Part shown: positions 1-8,546 of the stretch, piece after piece
How the letters are laid out: every line of letters begins with the position of its first letter
Numbering within the stretch: the first letter of the stretch is position 1
Assembly (NCBI GenBank): GCA_905236265.1
Contig: CAJOOV010000050.1
Coordinates: 1-34,838, forward strand
Direction: 5' to 3'
Length of the DNA: 34,838 bases
Source: an uncultured Oscillospiraceae bacterium
GTDB lineage: Bacteria; Bacillota; Clostridia; Oscillospirales; Oscillospiraceae
Notes under the pieces: generated by a model
The model's database searches: none
Told to the model about the DNA's origin: nothing
What the model saw: the letters and a program-made list of their open reading frames with translations, nothing else
Program-made: the position numbers and the translations under genes

Positions 1-48
1 GTCAGCTATATGGCAGGGGGAACGACTAAGGACAGCGTACAGCCGTAA
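1..48 (+). CDS. Possible 3' end of an upstream gene (…VSYMAGGTTKDSVQP*), truncated by the window edge
   Basis: Frame 1 is open from base 1 to TAA at 46-48 and a terminator follows at 98-132. Too short to identify. Confidence 0.3.
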   Translation, partial: VSYMAGGTTKDSVQP

Positions 49-106
49 CAATAAGAATGTCCAAAGGCAGCGTACAGCCGTAACAATAAGAATGTCCAAA
101 GGCAGC
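33..106. repeat. Perfect 35-bp tandem duplication (CAGCGTACAGCCGTAACAATAAGAATGTCCAAAGG x2, plus CAGC)
   Basis: 33-67 and 68-102 are identical, and CAGC recurs at 103-106. Confidence 0.95.
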
Positions 107-132
107 AATGGTTCAGTCATTGCTGCCTTTTT
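98..132 (+). terminator. Rho-independent terminator
   Basis: Stem AAAGGCAGCAATG / CATTGCTGCCTTT with a 7-nt loop, ending in a T run. Confidence 0.8.
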
Positions 133-200
133 ACATGAAGGAGAAATATCAAAAACGAAAATATCAATAAATACTGAGGGCAAAAACGAAAGAAAGAGGA

Positions 201-229
201 TAGCGCCGGAAGAGGGAACGTGGTATAAT
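201..229 (+). promoter_or_regulatory. sigmaA-type promoter with extended -10 for the chaperone/Tat operon
   Basis: TGgTATAAT at 221-229; weak -35 (TAGCGC) 17 bp upstream. Confidence 0.6.
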
Positions 230-280
230 GCACAGGAGATGAAAAGGCGTGGGCGCAATGCCGAAGGAGGAGGAACTGGA

Positions 281-1279
281 TTGAACGAGGTACGATGTGA
301 AAAACAATTCTCCTTACCCTCCGGAGAAAAGCTGGATGCCTCCTGCGTGATTCCCGGCTACACGGGTCTGCCTGTACAGCGTCAGGAGATCGTGCTGGGG
401 CATAACGAGGTGGAGCTGGAGCTGCAGCGCAGGTGCGTGAGCCACGGGCGCTATCTCACCACTGACCAGCCAGCCATGCGGGGAGACATGGTGAACCTTG
501 ACTTTCTCGGTTCTCTGGACGGCGAGGCATTTGACGACGGTAAGATCACCGGCTATCAGCTGAAGCTGGGGAGCAATACCTTCCTCAAGGAGTTTGAGGA
601 GCAGATCATGGGTCACAGCGCAGGGGAGTCCTTCTCCATTGACGTGACCTTCCCGGAGCAGTACCCTGCCGAGGAGCTGTGCGGGCGCACGGCACGCTTT
701 GACATCACCCTGAACGAGGTTCAGCACCTGACGGTGCCCAAACCCAGTGATGAAATCGCCAGAGAAGAGGGATTCCGTGATCTGGCAGAGATGACCAAAC
801 GGGTGGAGGAGCAGCGCACCCAGCTCCACAGGGCGAAGCAGGATGCCAGACTGCAAAAGCAGATTTTGGAGCACCTGATTCAAAACGCCCGTGCGGAGAT
901 TCCGGAGGAGCTGCTGAACCACACCGTCGGCCTGTTGCGGGAGCATTTTATGGCGGATCTCAGCAGACGGGGACAGAAGCTGGAGCGCTTCCTGCGCTGG
1001 AACAATATGACCGAGGACGCACTTCAGGCGAAGATGCGCCAGAGGGCGGTTGACCTGATTATCCGCCAGCTTGTGGTTGACACCATTGCCCGGCGGGAGC
1101 GGCTGGAGCCTACGGACAAAGAGGTAGAGCAGGCGCTGGAGCGCAGGAAAAAGACCCAGAGCCACCGCAGTGCCTATAACGACGCCCAGATGACGGCGCT
1201 GCTGAGAGAACGGATGTGCTGTGAACGGGTGGAGCGGTTTTTACTGGAGCAGAGCGAGGAGCATCCATGGGTGTCCTGA
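281..1279 (+). CDS. Trigger-factor-like chaperone (FKBP-type PPIase domain + TF C-terminal domain) without the N-terminal ribosome-binding domain; PceT/RdhT-like architecture
   Basis: FKBP-like segment GDMVNLDFLGSLDGEAFDDG…LGSNTFLKEFEEQIMG…VTFPEQYPAEEL and a helical TF C-domain; no GFRxGxxP motif. Likely TTG start at 281 after AGGAGG (about 332 aa); the ORF-track start at 92 lies in the repeat/terminator. Confidence 0.85.
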   Translation: MNEVRCEKQFSLPSGEKLDASCVIPGYTGLPVQRQEIVLGHNEVELELQRRCVSHGRYLTTDQPAMRGDMVNLDFLGSLDGEAFDDGKITGYQLKLGSNTFLKEFEEQIMGHSAGESFSIDVTFPEQYPAEELCGRTARFDITLNEVQHLTVPKPSDEIAREEGFRDLAEMTKRVEEQRTQLHRAKQDARLQKQILEHLIQNARAEIPEELLNHTVGLLREHFMADLSRRGQKLERFLRWNNMTEDALQAKMRQRAVDLIIRQLVVDTIARRERLEPTDKEVEQALERRKKTQSHRSAYNDAQMTALLRERMCCERVERFLLEQSEEHPWVS

Positions 1280-2337
1280 GCGGCATGGTTTGGAACCGCC
1301 TCACTGAGCTGCCCCATCCGGTGGTGCAGGAGCGGCGGTGTATCAACTGCTTTCGCAGACACAACTGCACGGCCTGCGCCGATGTCTGCCCGGAGCAGGT
1401 GATGCAGCCGGGGGGAAAGGTGGAGAGCTGGAGCAGCTGTACTGACTGCCAGCACTGCGTCACCGCCTGCCCCACAAGGGCAATCGGCCCCTCAGAGCAG
1501 CGCCTGCAGCGGCTGCTGACCCTGCGCACGGGTGAGGAGGAGCGGCTCTGGCTGGGCTGTGACCGCTCCGGCAGGGAGAATGACCTCTCCGTGGACTGCC
1601 TTTGCGGCATGTGCTGGGAGGAGCTGGCCTATCTCAGCTTCTTCCGCCGTCTGGTGATCGACCTTGCCCCCTGCGGCGGATGTGAAAAGACAGAGTGCCG
1701 CAGGCTGCTGGGAGAACAGCTTTGCATCCTGCGCTCCTTTCTGGGGCAGGAGCGGTTTTCCCGCCGGGTGGTTCTGGTCTACGAGGACGAAGCCGAGGCG
1801 AAGCCCCGGCAGGAGCTGAGCCGGAGAGACCTGTTCCAGCAGGGGGCGAAGCTGTCAAAAAACGGCATCGAGAGCCTGCTGAGGCAGGCACCTATGATGA
1901 ACCCGGAGGAGCTGAAGCTGGACGGGCTGTCCCTGCGCTCCCTGCTTCACCGGCAGATGGAGCGCTCAGGGGAGGTCTTTTACTGGACGGTTCCCAAGGT
2001 GAGCGGGGCGTGCAACGGCTGCGAAAGCTGCGTGAAAAGCTGCCCCACTCAGGCGCTGCGCCTGAGCGGGGACGGGAAGTGGCTGGTGCTGGATCCCGGC
2101 CATTGTACCAACTGCGGCGGCTGCAGCATTGCCTGTACAAAGCGGCGCATAACCGGAACGGAGACCGTAGGTCTTCGTAGCTTTGCCCCGGTGGCGCTGG
2201 CGGAGATACATAAAATCACCTGCCGAATCTGCGGCAGGGAGATGCGCGCCGCCACTTCAAACGGAATGTGCGGGGAGTGCCTGCGCAGGAGAATGGCGGA
2301 GGCGGCACAGCGCAACAGAAGGGAGAGAGGGGAATGA
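1267..2337 (+). CDS. Polyferredoxin / 4Fe-4S binding protein
   Basis: CTACADVCP, CTDCQHCVTACP, CNGCESCVKSCP, CTNCGGCSIAC, plus CRICG…CGEC and other Cys clusters; RBS GAGGAG; overlaps the end of the upstream gene. Confidence 0.88.
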   Translation: MGVLSGMVWNRLTELPHPVVQERRCINCFRRHNCTACADVCPEQVMQPGGKVESWSSCTDCQHCVTACPTRAIGPSEQRLQRLLTLRTGEEERLWLGCDRSGRENDLSVDCLCGMCWEELAYLSFFRRLVIDLAPCGGCEKTECRRLLGEQLCILRSFLGQERFSRRVVLVYEDEAEAKPRQELSRRDLFQQGAKLSKNGIESLLRQAPMMNPEELKLDGLSLRSLLHRQMERSGEVFYWTVPKVSGACNGCESCVKSCPTQALRLSGDGKWLVLDPGHCTNCGGCSIACTKRRITGTETVGLRSFAPVALAEIHKITCRICGREMRAATSNGMCGECLRRRMAEAAQRNRRERGE

Positions 2338-2699
2338 AACTTGGATTTGCCGAGATACTGGTGGTTCTGATTGTGGCCATGCTGGTGATCGGCCCGGACA
2401 AGCTGCCCTATTACACGAGAAATGCGGGCAAGGCGCTTCAGAGCTTCCGCAAGGCGCTGAACGAGACCACGGAAGAGGTGCGGGAGACGCTGGACGAGAC
2501 GGCGGGGGACATTATGGAGCCGGTGCAGGAGTTGAGAAACCTGCAAAAGGACGTGACGGACACGGTGAAGGATGCCTTCGACCCCTTCGCCAAGCCCACA
2601 CAAAAGCAGAAGACAGAGGAGTCTTCCCCGGCGCAGGAGACCCCGGCAGAGCCGGCGGAGGCTGCCCCGGCGGAGGCAGAGGGACAAAGGGAGAGCTGA
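2334..2699 (+). CDS. tatB: Twin-arginine translocase TatA/TatB family subunit, TatB-like
   Basis: MKLGFAEILVVLIVAMLVIGPDKLP: TM helix, GPxxLP hinge, amphipathic helix and long acidic tail. ATGA overlap with the ferredoxin stop gives the start at 2334. Confidence 0.75.
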   Translation: MKLGFAEILVVLIVAMLVIGPDKLPYYTRNAGKALQSFRKALNETTEEVRETLDETAGDIMEPVQELRNLQKDVTDTVKDAFDPFAKPTQKQKTEESSPAQETPAEPAEAAPAEAEGQRES

Positions 2700-2767
2700 C
2701 CCTCTCACGAAGGGGTGTCCGCACCGCTTTGCGAGGATGGTAAGATAAACTACAGGAGGAGATTAAA

Positions 2768-2941
2768 ATGCGTATTTCAACTATGGAGCTTCTGGTCGTA
2801 TTGGTCATTGTCATTGTCATTTTTGGGCCAAAGCAGATTCCGAAGCTGGGAAAAATGCTGGGCTCCAGCATCAAGAGCTTCAAGAAGGGCATGGAAGAGG
2901 ATATGCCCGATGAGGACGAGGAGGAGAAGAAGGAGTCATGA
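2768..2941 (+). CDS. tatA: Twin-arginine translocase TatA (57 aa, not in the ORF track)
   Basis: Translated by hand: [59 protein letters not shown] hinge and FKKG motif; RBS AGGAGG; ATGA overlap with tatC. Confidence 0.92.
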   Translation: MRISTMELLVVLVIVIVIFGPKQIPKLGKMLGSSIKSFKKGMEEDMPDEDEEEKKES

Positions 2942-3693
2942 GCAGCGCTGCTCAGGAAAAAAAGCAAGGCGGCTCCATGCCTCTGACCGGACACCTGAAG
3001 GAGCTGAGAAACCGGCTGGTGATCTGTCTGGTGCCCTTTGTGGTGCTGACTGTCGTGTTCATTCCCATGGCAGACCGGCTGGTGACCTTACTTACGGATC
3101 TGGGCAGTGAATACGGCTATCGGTATGTCTATCTGGCACCTCAGGAGCTGATGGTGGAGTACCTGCGCATCTCCGTGCTGGGCGCTGTGATCTGCTGTAT
3201 CCCGCTGATTCTGTTTCAGGTCTGGTCCTTCACCCAGCCGGGGCTGAAGGCGTCGGAACGGCGCATGTTCGGCTTTTCCATGGTGTTTGGACTGTTCTGC
3301 TTCTGTCTGGGCATCCTGTTTGCCTACAAGATCACTGTCCCGTTTATGCTCCACTTCCTCATCGGACTGAGCAATCAGGACATCTCGGCGGCAATCAGCA
3401 TCGAGAAGTATGTCAGCTTTCTGCTCACGGTCTTTCTGATTTTCGGCATCGTCTTTGAAATGCCCCTGCTCAGCGTGGTGCTGACCAATCTGGGGCTGAT
3501 TCGTCCCGAATTTCTGAAGACCGCCCGAAAGCCTGCCATTGTGGTGATCTTCTTCATCGCAGCGGTCATCACGCCCCCGGACATCTTTTCCCAGATCATG
3601 GTGGCTGTTCCCATGATCGTGCTCTATCAGGTGAGTATCCTGCTCAGCAGTCTGTTCTACCGGAAGCGGGAGGAGCAGAAAAAAGAGGATTGA
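2938..3693 (+). CDS. tatC: Twin-arginine translocase TatC
   Basis: [34 protein letters not shown] motifs; about six TM segments. Confidence 0.97.
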   Translation: MSSAAQEKKQGGSMPLTGHLKELRNRLVICLVPFVVLTVVFIPMADRLVTLLTDLGSEYGYRYVYLAPQELMVEYLRISVLGAVICCIPLILFQVWSFTQPGLKASERRMFGFSMVFGLFCFCLGILFAYKITVPFMLHFLIGLSNQDISAAISIEKYVSFLLTVFLIFGIVFEMPLLSVVLTNLGLIRPEFLKTARKPAIVVIFFIAAVITPPDIFSQIMVAVPMIVLYQVSILLSSLFYRKREEQKKED

Positions 3694-3702
3694 TACTGAG
3701 AG

Positions 3703-3766
3703 AAAAAAGCACTGATACGGCATCAGTGCTTTTTTTATCCCTGCCCACCGGATGAACCGGTGGGCA
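3703..3766. terminator. Bidirectional terminator plus second hairpin between convergent operons
   Basis: AAAAAAGCACTGAT-acggc-ATCAGTGCTTTTTT (3703-3735) and TGCCCACCGG-atgaa-CCGGTGGGCA (3742-3766). Confidence 0.85.
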
Positions 3767-3779
3767 TTTGCTATTCTGT

Positions 3780-5261
3780 TTATGCCCAGGGATTTTCCGT
3801 GGGATAGGGCAGGCTTGCAGGCTGGTTGTAGGCAATATCCTTCACGCCCAGGAACTTGAATACCTCAAACAGGTACTTGCCCACATGGGAGAAGGCCACA
3901 GCGCCGTGATGGGGATAGCCCTTCTGAATCAGCACATGGCGGTAGAAGCGACCCATCTCAGGAATGGCGAACACCGCAATGCCGCCGAAGGAGCGGGTGG
4001 GTACGTCCAGAATCTGACCCTGTGCGATATAGGAGCGCAGATCGCCGTTGGAATCGCACTGGAGACGGTAGAAGGTGATGTCGCTGGCGGCAATGTCCCC
4101 CTCCAGCGTTCCACGGGTGAAGTCCGGCTCGCTTCCCTCCGGCTCCAGCAGCCGGTGCTGAATGAGCTGGTACTTGATGGCCCGATCAGAGCACATCTTG
4201 CACTCCGGCGTATTGCCGCAGTGGAAGCCCATAAAGGTGTCCGTGAGTTTGCAGTCGTACCTGCCTTTAATATCCTCGTCATAGATGTACTGGGGAACGG
4301 AGTTGTTGATGTCCAGCAGGGTGACGGTATCATAGGAGACGCACATGCCGATATACTCGCTCAGTGCGCCGTATACGTCCACCTCGCAGGAGACAGGGAT
4401 ACCCCTGCTCACCAGACGGGAGTTCACATAGCAGGGCTCAAAGCCGAACTGGCTGGGGAAGGCAGGCCAGCACTTGTCAGCGAAGGCCACATACTTCCGG
4501 CTGCCCTTGTGCTGCTCCGCCCAGTCCAGCAGCGTCAGCTCGAACTGTGCCATCTTCCGGTTCAGGTCGGAGTAGTAGCGCCCCTCGCCCATCTCGCCTA
4601 CCATATCGGCGCAGACATCGGGAATGCGGGGGTCGTTTTCATGCTCCTTGTATGCCACCAGCAGATCCAGCTCGGAGTTCTCCTCAATCTCCACGCCCAG
4701 CTCATACAGACCCTTGATGGGGGCGTTGCAGGCGAAGAAATCCTGAGGACGGGGGCCGAAGGTGATGATCTTCAGGTTCTTCACGCCGATCACTGCACGG
4801 GCGACAGGCACGAAGTCAGCGATCATTCCGGCAATGTCGTCAGCAGTGCCCACGGGGTACTCCGGGATATAGCCCTTCAGGTGGCGCATACCCAGATTGT
4901 AGGAGCAGTTGAGCATACCGCAGTAGGCGTCGCCTCTGCCGTTCATCATGTCGCCGTCGCCCTCAGCCGCCGCCACATACATCACGGGGCCGTCAAAGTG
5001 CTTTGCAATCAGCGTCTCCGGAGTCTCAGGGCCGAAGTTGCCCAGAAAGACCACCAGTGCGTTGCAGTCGGCGGCCTTGACCTCCTCCACGGCCTTGAGC
5101 ATATCCAGCTCGTTTTCCACCGTGGTGGGGCAGTTGTAGAGTGCGCCCTTGTAAGCCTTGGCGATATTCTCCCGGCGCTGGGTGGACAGTGCGATGGGGA
5201 AGCAGTCACGGCTGACGGCGATAAGCCCCAGTCTGACCTCAGGAATGTTGCTGCCTAACAT
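3780..5261 (-). CDS. L-fucose/L-arabinose isomerase family protein, probably clostridial XylA-II-type xylose isomerase
   Basis: VSRDCFP, FLGNFGPE, GDAYCGMLN, VSCEVD, FHCGN, PHHGAV motifs. Start moved to ATG 5261 after AAGGAGG. Lies downstream of xylB and DUF4867. Confidence 0.8.
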   Translation of the reverse strand: MLGSNIPEVRLGLIAVSRDCFPIALSTQRRENIAKAYKGALYNCPTTVENELDMLKAVEEVKAADCNALVVFLGNFGPETPETLIAKHFDGPVMYVAAAEGDGDMMNGRGDAYCGMLNCSYNLGMRHLKGYIPEYPVGTADDIAGMIADFVPVARAVIGVKNLKIITFGPRPQDFFACNAPIKGLYELGVEIEENSELDLLVAYKEHENDPRIPDVCADMVGEMGEGRYYSDLNRKMAQFELTLLDWAEQHKGSRKYVAFADKCWPAFPSQFGFEPCYVNSRLVSRGIPVSCEVDVYGALSEYIGMCVSYDTVTLLDINNSVPQYIYDEDIKGRYDCKLTDTFMGFHCGNTPECKMCSDRAIKYQLIQHRLLEPEGSEPDFTRGTLEGDIAASDITFYRLQCDSNGDLRSYIAQGQILDVPTRSFGGIAVFAIPEMGRFYRHVLIQKGYPHHGAVAFSHVGKYLFEVFKFLGVKDIAYNQPASLPYPTENPWA

Positions 5262-5285
5262 GATTTTGTCCTCCTTCATGATTGT

Positions 5286-5924
5286 TCAAATAGAATCAGC
5301 AATGTCAATATTTGCGCCCTTCAGACCGATGACAGCGCCCTGCTTTGCCTCATCGCTGTCGGGATGGGCGAGGAGCCACTTGTTTCGTGCGGTGAGCAGC
5401 GTGTCCTCCCGGCTGGCGGGGGTGAAGTCCGGCTTTTCCGTATTCGTCCCCCAGGGCAGCGCCACCAGCACCCGGAAGCCCTTCTCCCCGTCCGTATGAC
5501 AGGGGGCGTAGTGGAGCGTGGTGGCATAGACCTCCACCATTACCCCCGCAGGCACCCGGAAGGCGAGGACATTGGCAGTATCGAACAGCCCGTCCTCCTC
5601 GATCTGTGTCTGCTTGCCCAGCAGGAGAATAAAGTCCTCCGTGCCCAGATTGAACTCGCTGTCCCGGTGGTATTCCAGACAGTTCAGCTTTGTGTTGCGG
5701 CCATTGCACCAGCCAAGCTGGATGGGCATACCGCCAAACATCTGTTCGCTGATCTCCACCATGGAGGGCAGCTCCTGCAGGATCGGATCCTCCGGGACAT
5801 ACCCGGTGCCCCGCTCCGGCATGGGGGTCTGTCTCAGCCCCTCCAGCAGCTCGCCGGTGTCATAGCCGGTGACCACTCTTCCGTACTCTTTGAACGCTTT
5901 GTCATAAACAGAATGGACTTTCAT
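5286..5924 (-). CDS. DUF4867 family protein (XylC-like, cupin-type)
   Basis: FKEYGRV, QLGWCNG, LEYHRDSE, EVYATTLHYAPC, GTN, NKWLLAH motifs. Confidence 0.8.
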   Translation of the reverse strand: MKVHSVYDKAFKEYGRVVTGYDTGELLEGLRQTPMPERGTGYVPEDPILQELPSMVEISEQMFGGMPIQLGWCNGRNTKLNCLEYHRDSEFNLGTEDFILLLGKQTQIEEDGLFDTANVLAFRVPAGVMVEVYATTLHYAPCHTDGEKGFRVLVALPWGTNTEKPDFTPASREDTLLTARNKWLLAHPDSDEAKQGAVIGLKGANIDIADSI

Positions 5925-5936
5925 ACCTGTATCACC

Positions 5937-7412
5937 TCACACGATTTCAGGAAACAGCGCCTTCATGGCGGGATAGATTTTGCTGAACTGACGGTAGCGC
6001 TCCTCATAGCGCTCGGCCAGCTCTGCCTCCGGCTCAATGGTATCAACTACATGCACCAGACGGGCGCACACCGCCTCCACGCTGGCATCCGCTCCGTGGG
6101 CAACCATGGCCAGCATGGCGCCGCCCATGCCGGGGCCCTGCTCTGTCTCCACAATGTCCAGCTTCAGATTCAGCACGTTGGCGATGATTTTCCTCCAAAG
6201 GGGGGACTTTGCCCCGCCGCCGCAGATCTTGCTGCGGCTGATCTCAATGACCTGCGCCCTCGCCACCTCCAGAGAGTCCCGGATGGCGAAGGCCACGCCC
6301 TCCAGCATTGCCTGCGTCAGGTCGGCACGGGTGGAGTCCATGGTCATGCCCACGAAGGTTCCACGGGCGTTGGTGTCGTTGATGGGGCTGCGCTCCCCCA
6401 TGAGATAGGGGAGGAAGTAGACATGGTTTCGTCCCAGTTTGTCGTCAGTGATGGGCTGCTGCTCGGCGGCGTAGTCCTTTGTGTGGAAAATCTCCTCCAT
6501 GAGCCACTTGTTGCAGCTTGCAGCGGAGAGCATACAGCCCATGAGATGATAATGCCCGTCTGCGTGGGCGAAGGAGTGGAGGGCGTTGCAGTGATCCACG
6601 GCGAACCTGTCACTGGAGATGAAGATGGTTCCGGAGGTGCCCAGAGAGATATTGCACGCCCCGTCCCCCACGGTTCCGGTGCCCACGGCGGCGGCGGCAT
6701 TGTCCCCTGCGCCTGCGGCCACCACAGTGGAGGCGGGAATGCCCAGCCTTGCGGCCATCTCCGGGAGAACCGTGCCGATTTTCTCATAGGAGCGGAACAC
6801 GGCTGCCATCTGCTCCTCCCTCACGCCGCAGATGTCCAGCATCTCCCGGCTCCAGCGCAGGTGCTCCACATCGAAGAGCAGCATACCGGAGGCGTCGGAT
6901 ACATCCGTGGCGTGAACGCCGGTGAGCTTATAGTTGATGTAGTCCTTGGGCAGCATGATCTTGCGGATCTTTGCAAACAGCTCAGGCTCGTGCCTGCGCA
7001 TCCAGAGCAGCTTCGGGGCGGTGAAGCCGGCAAAGGCGATATTGGCGGTATACTTGCTCAGCGTCTCCCTGCCCACCACCTGATTCAGGTAGTCCACCTC
7101 TTCGGCGCACCGGCCATCATTCCAGAGAATGGCGGGGCGGATGACCTCGTCGTTCTCGTCCAGCACCACCAGTCCGTGCATCTGCCCGCCTGCGCCGATG
7201 CCCGCCACCTGAGCGGCATCAAAGCCCTGCAGCAGCTCCGGTATGCCCGTTTCCACGGCACGCAGCCAGTCCTCCGGGTTCTGCTGGCTCCAGCCGGGGC
7301 GGGGAAACTCCAGCGGGTACTCTTTGGTGACGATGCTGCAGATATGTCCATCCTGATCCATCAGCAGCAGCTTAGCCGCAGAGGTGCCCAGATCAATTCC
7401 GATGTAGAGCAT
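5937..7412 (-). CDS. xylB: Xylulokinase (FGGY family)
   Basis: IGIDLGTS, GQMHG, ILWNDGR, GAGDNAA, SLGTSG, PYLMGERSP, GGGAKS motifs. Confidence 0.92.
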   Translation of the reverse strand: MLYIGIDLGTSAAKLLLMDQDGHICSIVTKEYPLEFPRPGWSQQNPEDWLRAVETGIPELLQGFDAAQVAGIGAGGQMHGLVVLDENDEVIRPAILWNDGRCAEEVDYLNQVVGRETLSKYTANIAFAGFTAPKLLWMRRHEPELFAKIRKIMLPKDYINYKLTGVHATDVSDASGMLLFDVEHLRWSREMLDICGVREEQMAAVFRSYEKIGTVLPEMAARLGIPASTVVAAGAGDNAAAAVGTGTVGDGACNISLGTSGTIFISSDRFAVDHCNALHSFAHADGHYHLMGCMLSAASCNKWLMEEIFHTKDYAAEQQPITDDKLGRNHVYFLPYLMGERSPINDTNARGTFVGMTMDSTRADLTQAMLEGVAFAIRDSLEVARAQVIEISRSKICGGGAKSPLWRKIIANVLNLKLDIVETEQGPGMGGAMLAMVAHGADASVEAVCARLVHVVDTIEPEAELAERYEERYRQFSKIYPAMKALFPEIV

Positions 7413-7514
7413 GAGTGACCTTCCTTTCCGTTGTGTTTTCTGCCTCGTGTGTCAGTATGACAAAAGTATGACACGGCGGGGGAAATCCGTCTTTGGCAAT
7501 TCTGTTTATTTCAT

Positions 7515-7543
7515 TAGACGAATTTGACCTGCTGTGATATAAT
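7515..7543 (+). promoter_or_regulatory. sigmaA promoter of the AraC gene
   Basis: TAGACG-17bp-TATAAT with extended TG. Confidence 0.7.
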
Positions 7544-7583
7544 ACCACTGATGTAGCCTTACAGCCGCAAAGGGGTGAGGGGA

Positions 7584-8528
7584 TTGAACGAATACGAAAT
7601 CATCCAGTACAGCCAGACCGGGGGACTCAACCTGTTTTTTGACACGGTGGACTACCGAACCTCCCATATCCACCCGGAGTGGGAGCTGCTCTGGGTCATT
7701 GACCAGCCCCTGAATGTGACCTACCGGCAGCGGGACTATTTTGCTGCGCCGGACACCATGCTCCTCATCAGCCCCAGACAGCCCCACCAGTACCGGAAAC
7801 AGGGGGAGAGCAGCACCTTTCTCTGCCTTCAGATCTCCCCGAAATGCTTTGAACTGGCCTGCCCGGAGCTGAAGAGCATGATGTCAGAGGAGCTGATTCC
7901 CGACAGGTATTGGACACAGCGGCAGCGCTTGCAGGCAAGGAGCCTTCTGATGAGCGTAGCGGAGCACTATTTCCGCCAGACGCCCTGTTACCAGCTCTTC
8001 TGCCTGTCTCAGGCGGCGATGCTGCTCTATATGACCCTGACGGCGGTGCCGTCCCAGCAGGTGGGACAGGCGGAGCTGCACGATCTGGAACGGCGCAACG
8101 CCCGGCTCATGCGCCTGCTGGCCTTTGTGGACGGGCATTACACCCAGAAGCTGCGCCTGACGGACTTTGCTGCACAGGAGCAGTGCTCGGTAAGCTATCT
8201 CTCCCGCTTTACCAGAGAGATGCTGAACCAGACCTTTCAGGAATATGTGGAGACTGTGCGTTTCCATGCCGCCTGCAAGCTGATTGCCACGGGGGAGACG
8301 AAAATGGTGGATGTCTATACCGCCTCCGGCTTCTCTGATTACCGGTATTTCTCCCGTGCGTTCCAAAAACGGACGGGGAAGACCCCGGAGGAGTACCGGA
8401 AGAGTCAGGCCGCAGAGCATGTGGAGCAGACCCACGTCCACAGAAGCATCCACTCTCTGGAGCGCTTTTACTCCAGAGAAAAGAGCGTCCAGATGCTGGA
8501 GGAGCTGAAAAACCGTTATAGGCAGTGA
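7584..8528 (+). CDS. AraC family transcriptional regulator (cupin sensor + double HTH)
   Basis: HIHPEWEL and PRQPHQY cupin motifs; SGFSDYRYFSRAFQKRTGKTPEEYR AraC signature. Likely TTG start at 7584 (GTG 7575 possible). Confidence 0.92.
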   Translation: MNEYEIIQYSQTGGLNLFFDTVDYRTSHIHPEWELLWVIDQPLNVTYRQRDYFAAPDTMLLISPRQPHQYRKQGESSTFLCLQISPKCFELACPELKSMMSEELIPDRYWTQRQRLQARSLLMSVAEHYFRQTPCYQLFCLSQAAMLLYMTLTAVPSQQVGQAELHDLERRNARLMRLLAFVDGHYTQKLRLTDFAAQEQCSVSYLSRFTREMLNQTFQEYVETVRFHAACKLIATGETKMVDVYTASGFSDYRYFSRAFQKRTGKTPEEYRKSQAAEHVEQTHVHRSIHSLERFYSREKSVQMLEELKNRYRQ

Positions 8529-8546
8529 TACAGAGGAGGGCTTGAG

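Noticed and set aside
33-106. 35-bp repeat as a CRISPR array
   Set aside because: The copies are directly adjacent with no spacers, there are only two, and no cas genes are present.
92-280. N-terminal extension of the trigger-factor-like ORF
   Set aside because: It overlaps the repeat, terminator and promoter; a strong RBS supports TTG 281 instead.
2715-3110. 131-aa ORF in the ORF track
   Set aside because: Off-frame overlap of the real tatA (2768-2941) and tatC.
5364-7418. 684-aa ORF antisense to xylB/DUF4867, and similar long antisense ORFs (3768-5258, 7884-9545, 9760-11574, 14276-16429, 16921-18729, 25576-26595 and others)
   Set aside because: Shadow ORFs of recognisable genes, expected with high third-position GC; they carry no recognisable motifs.
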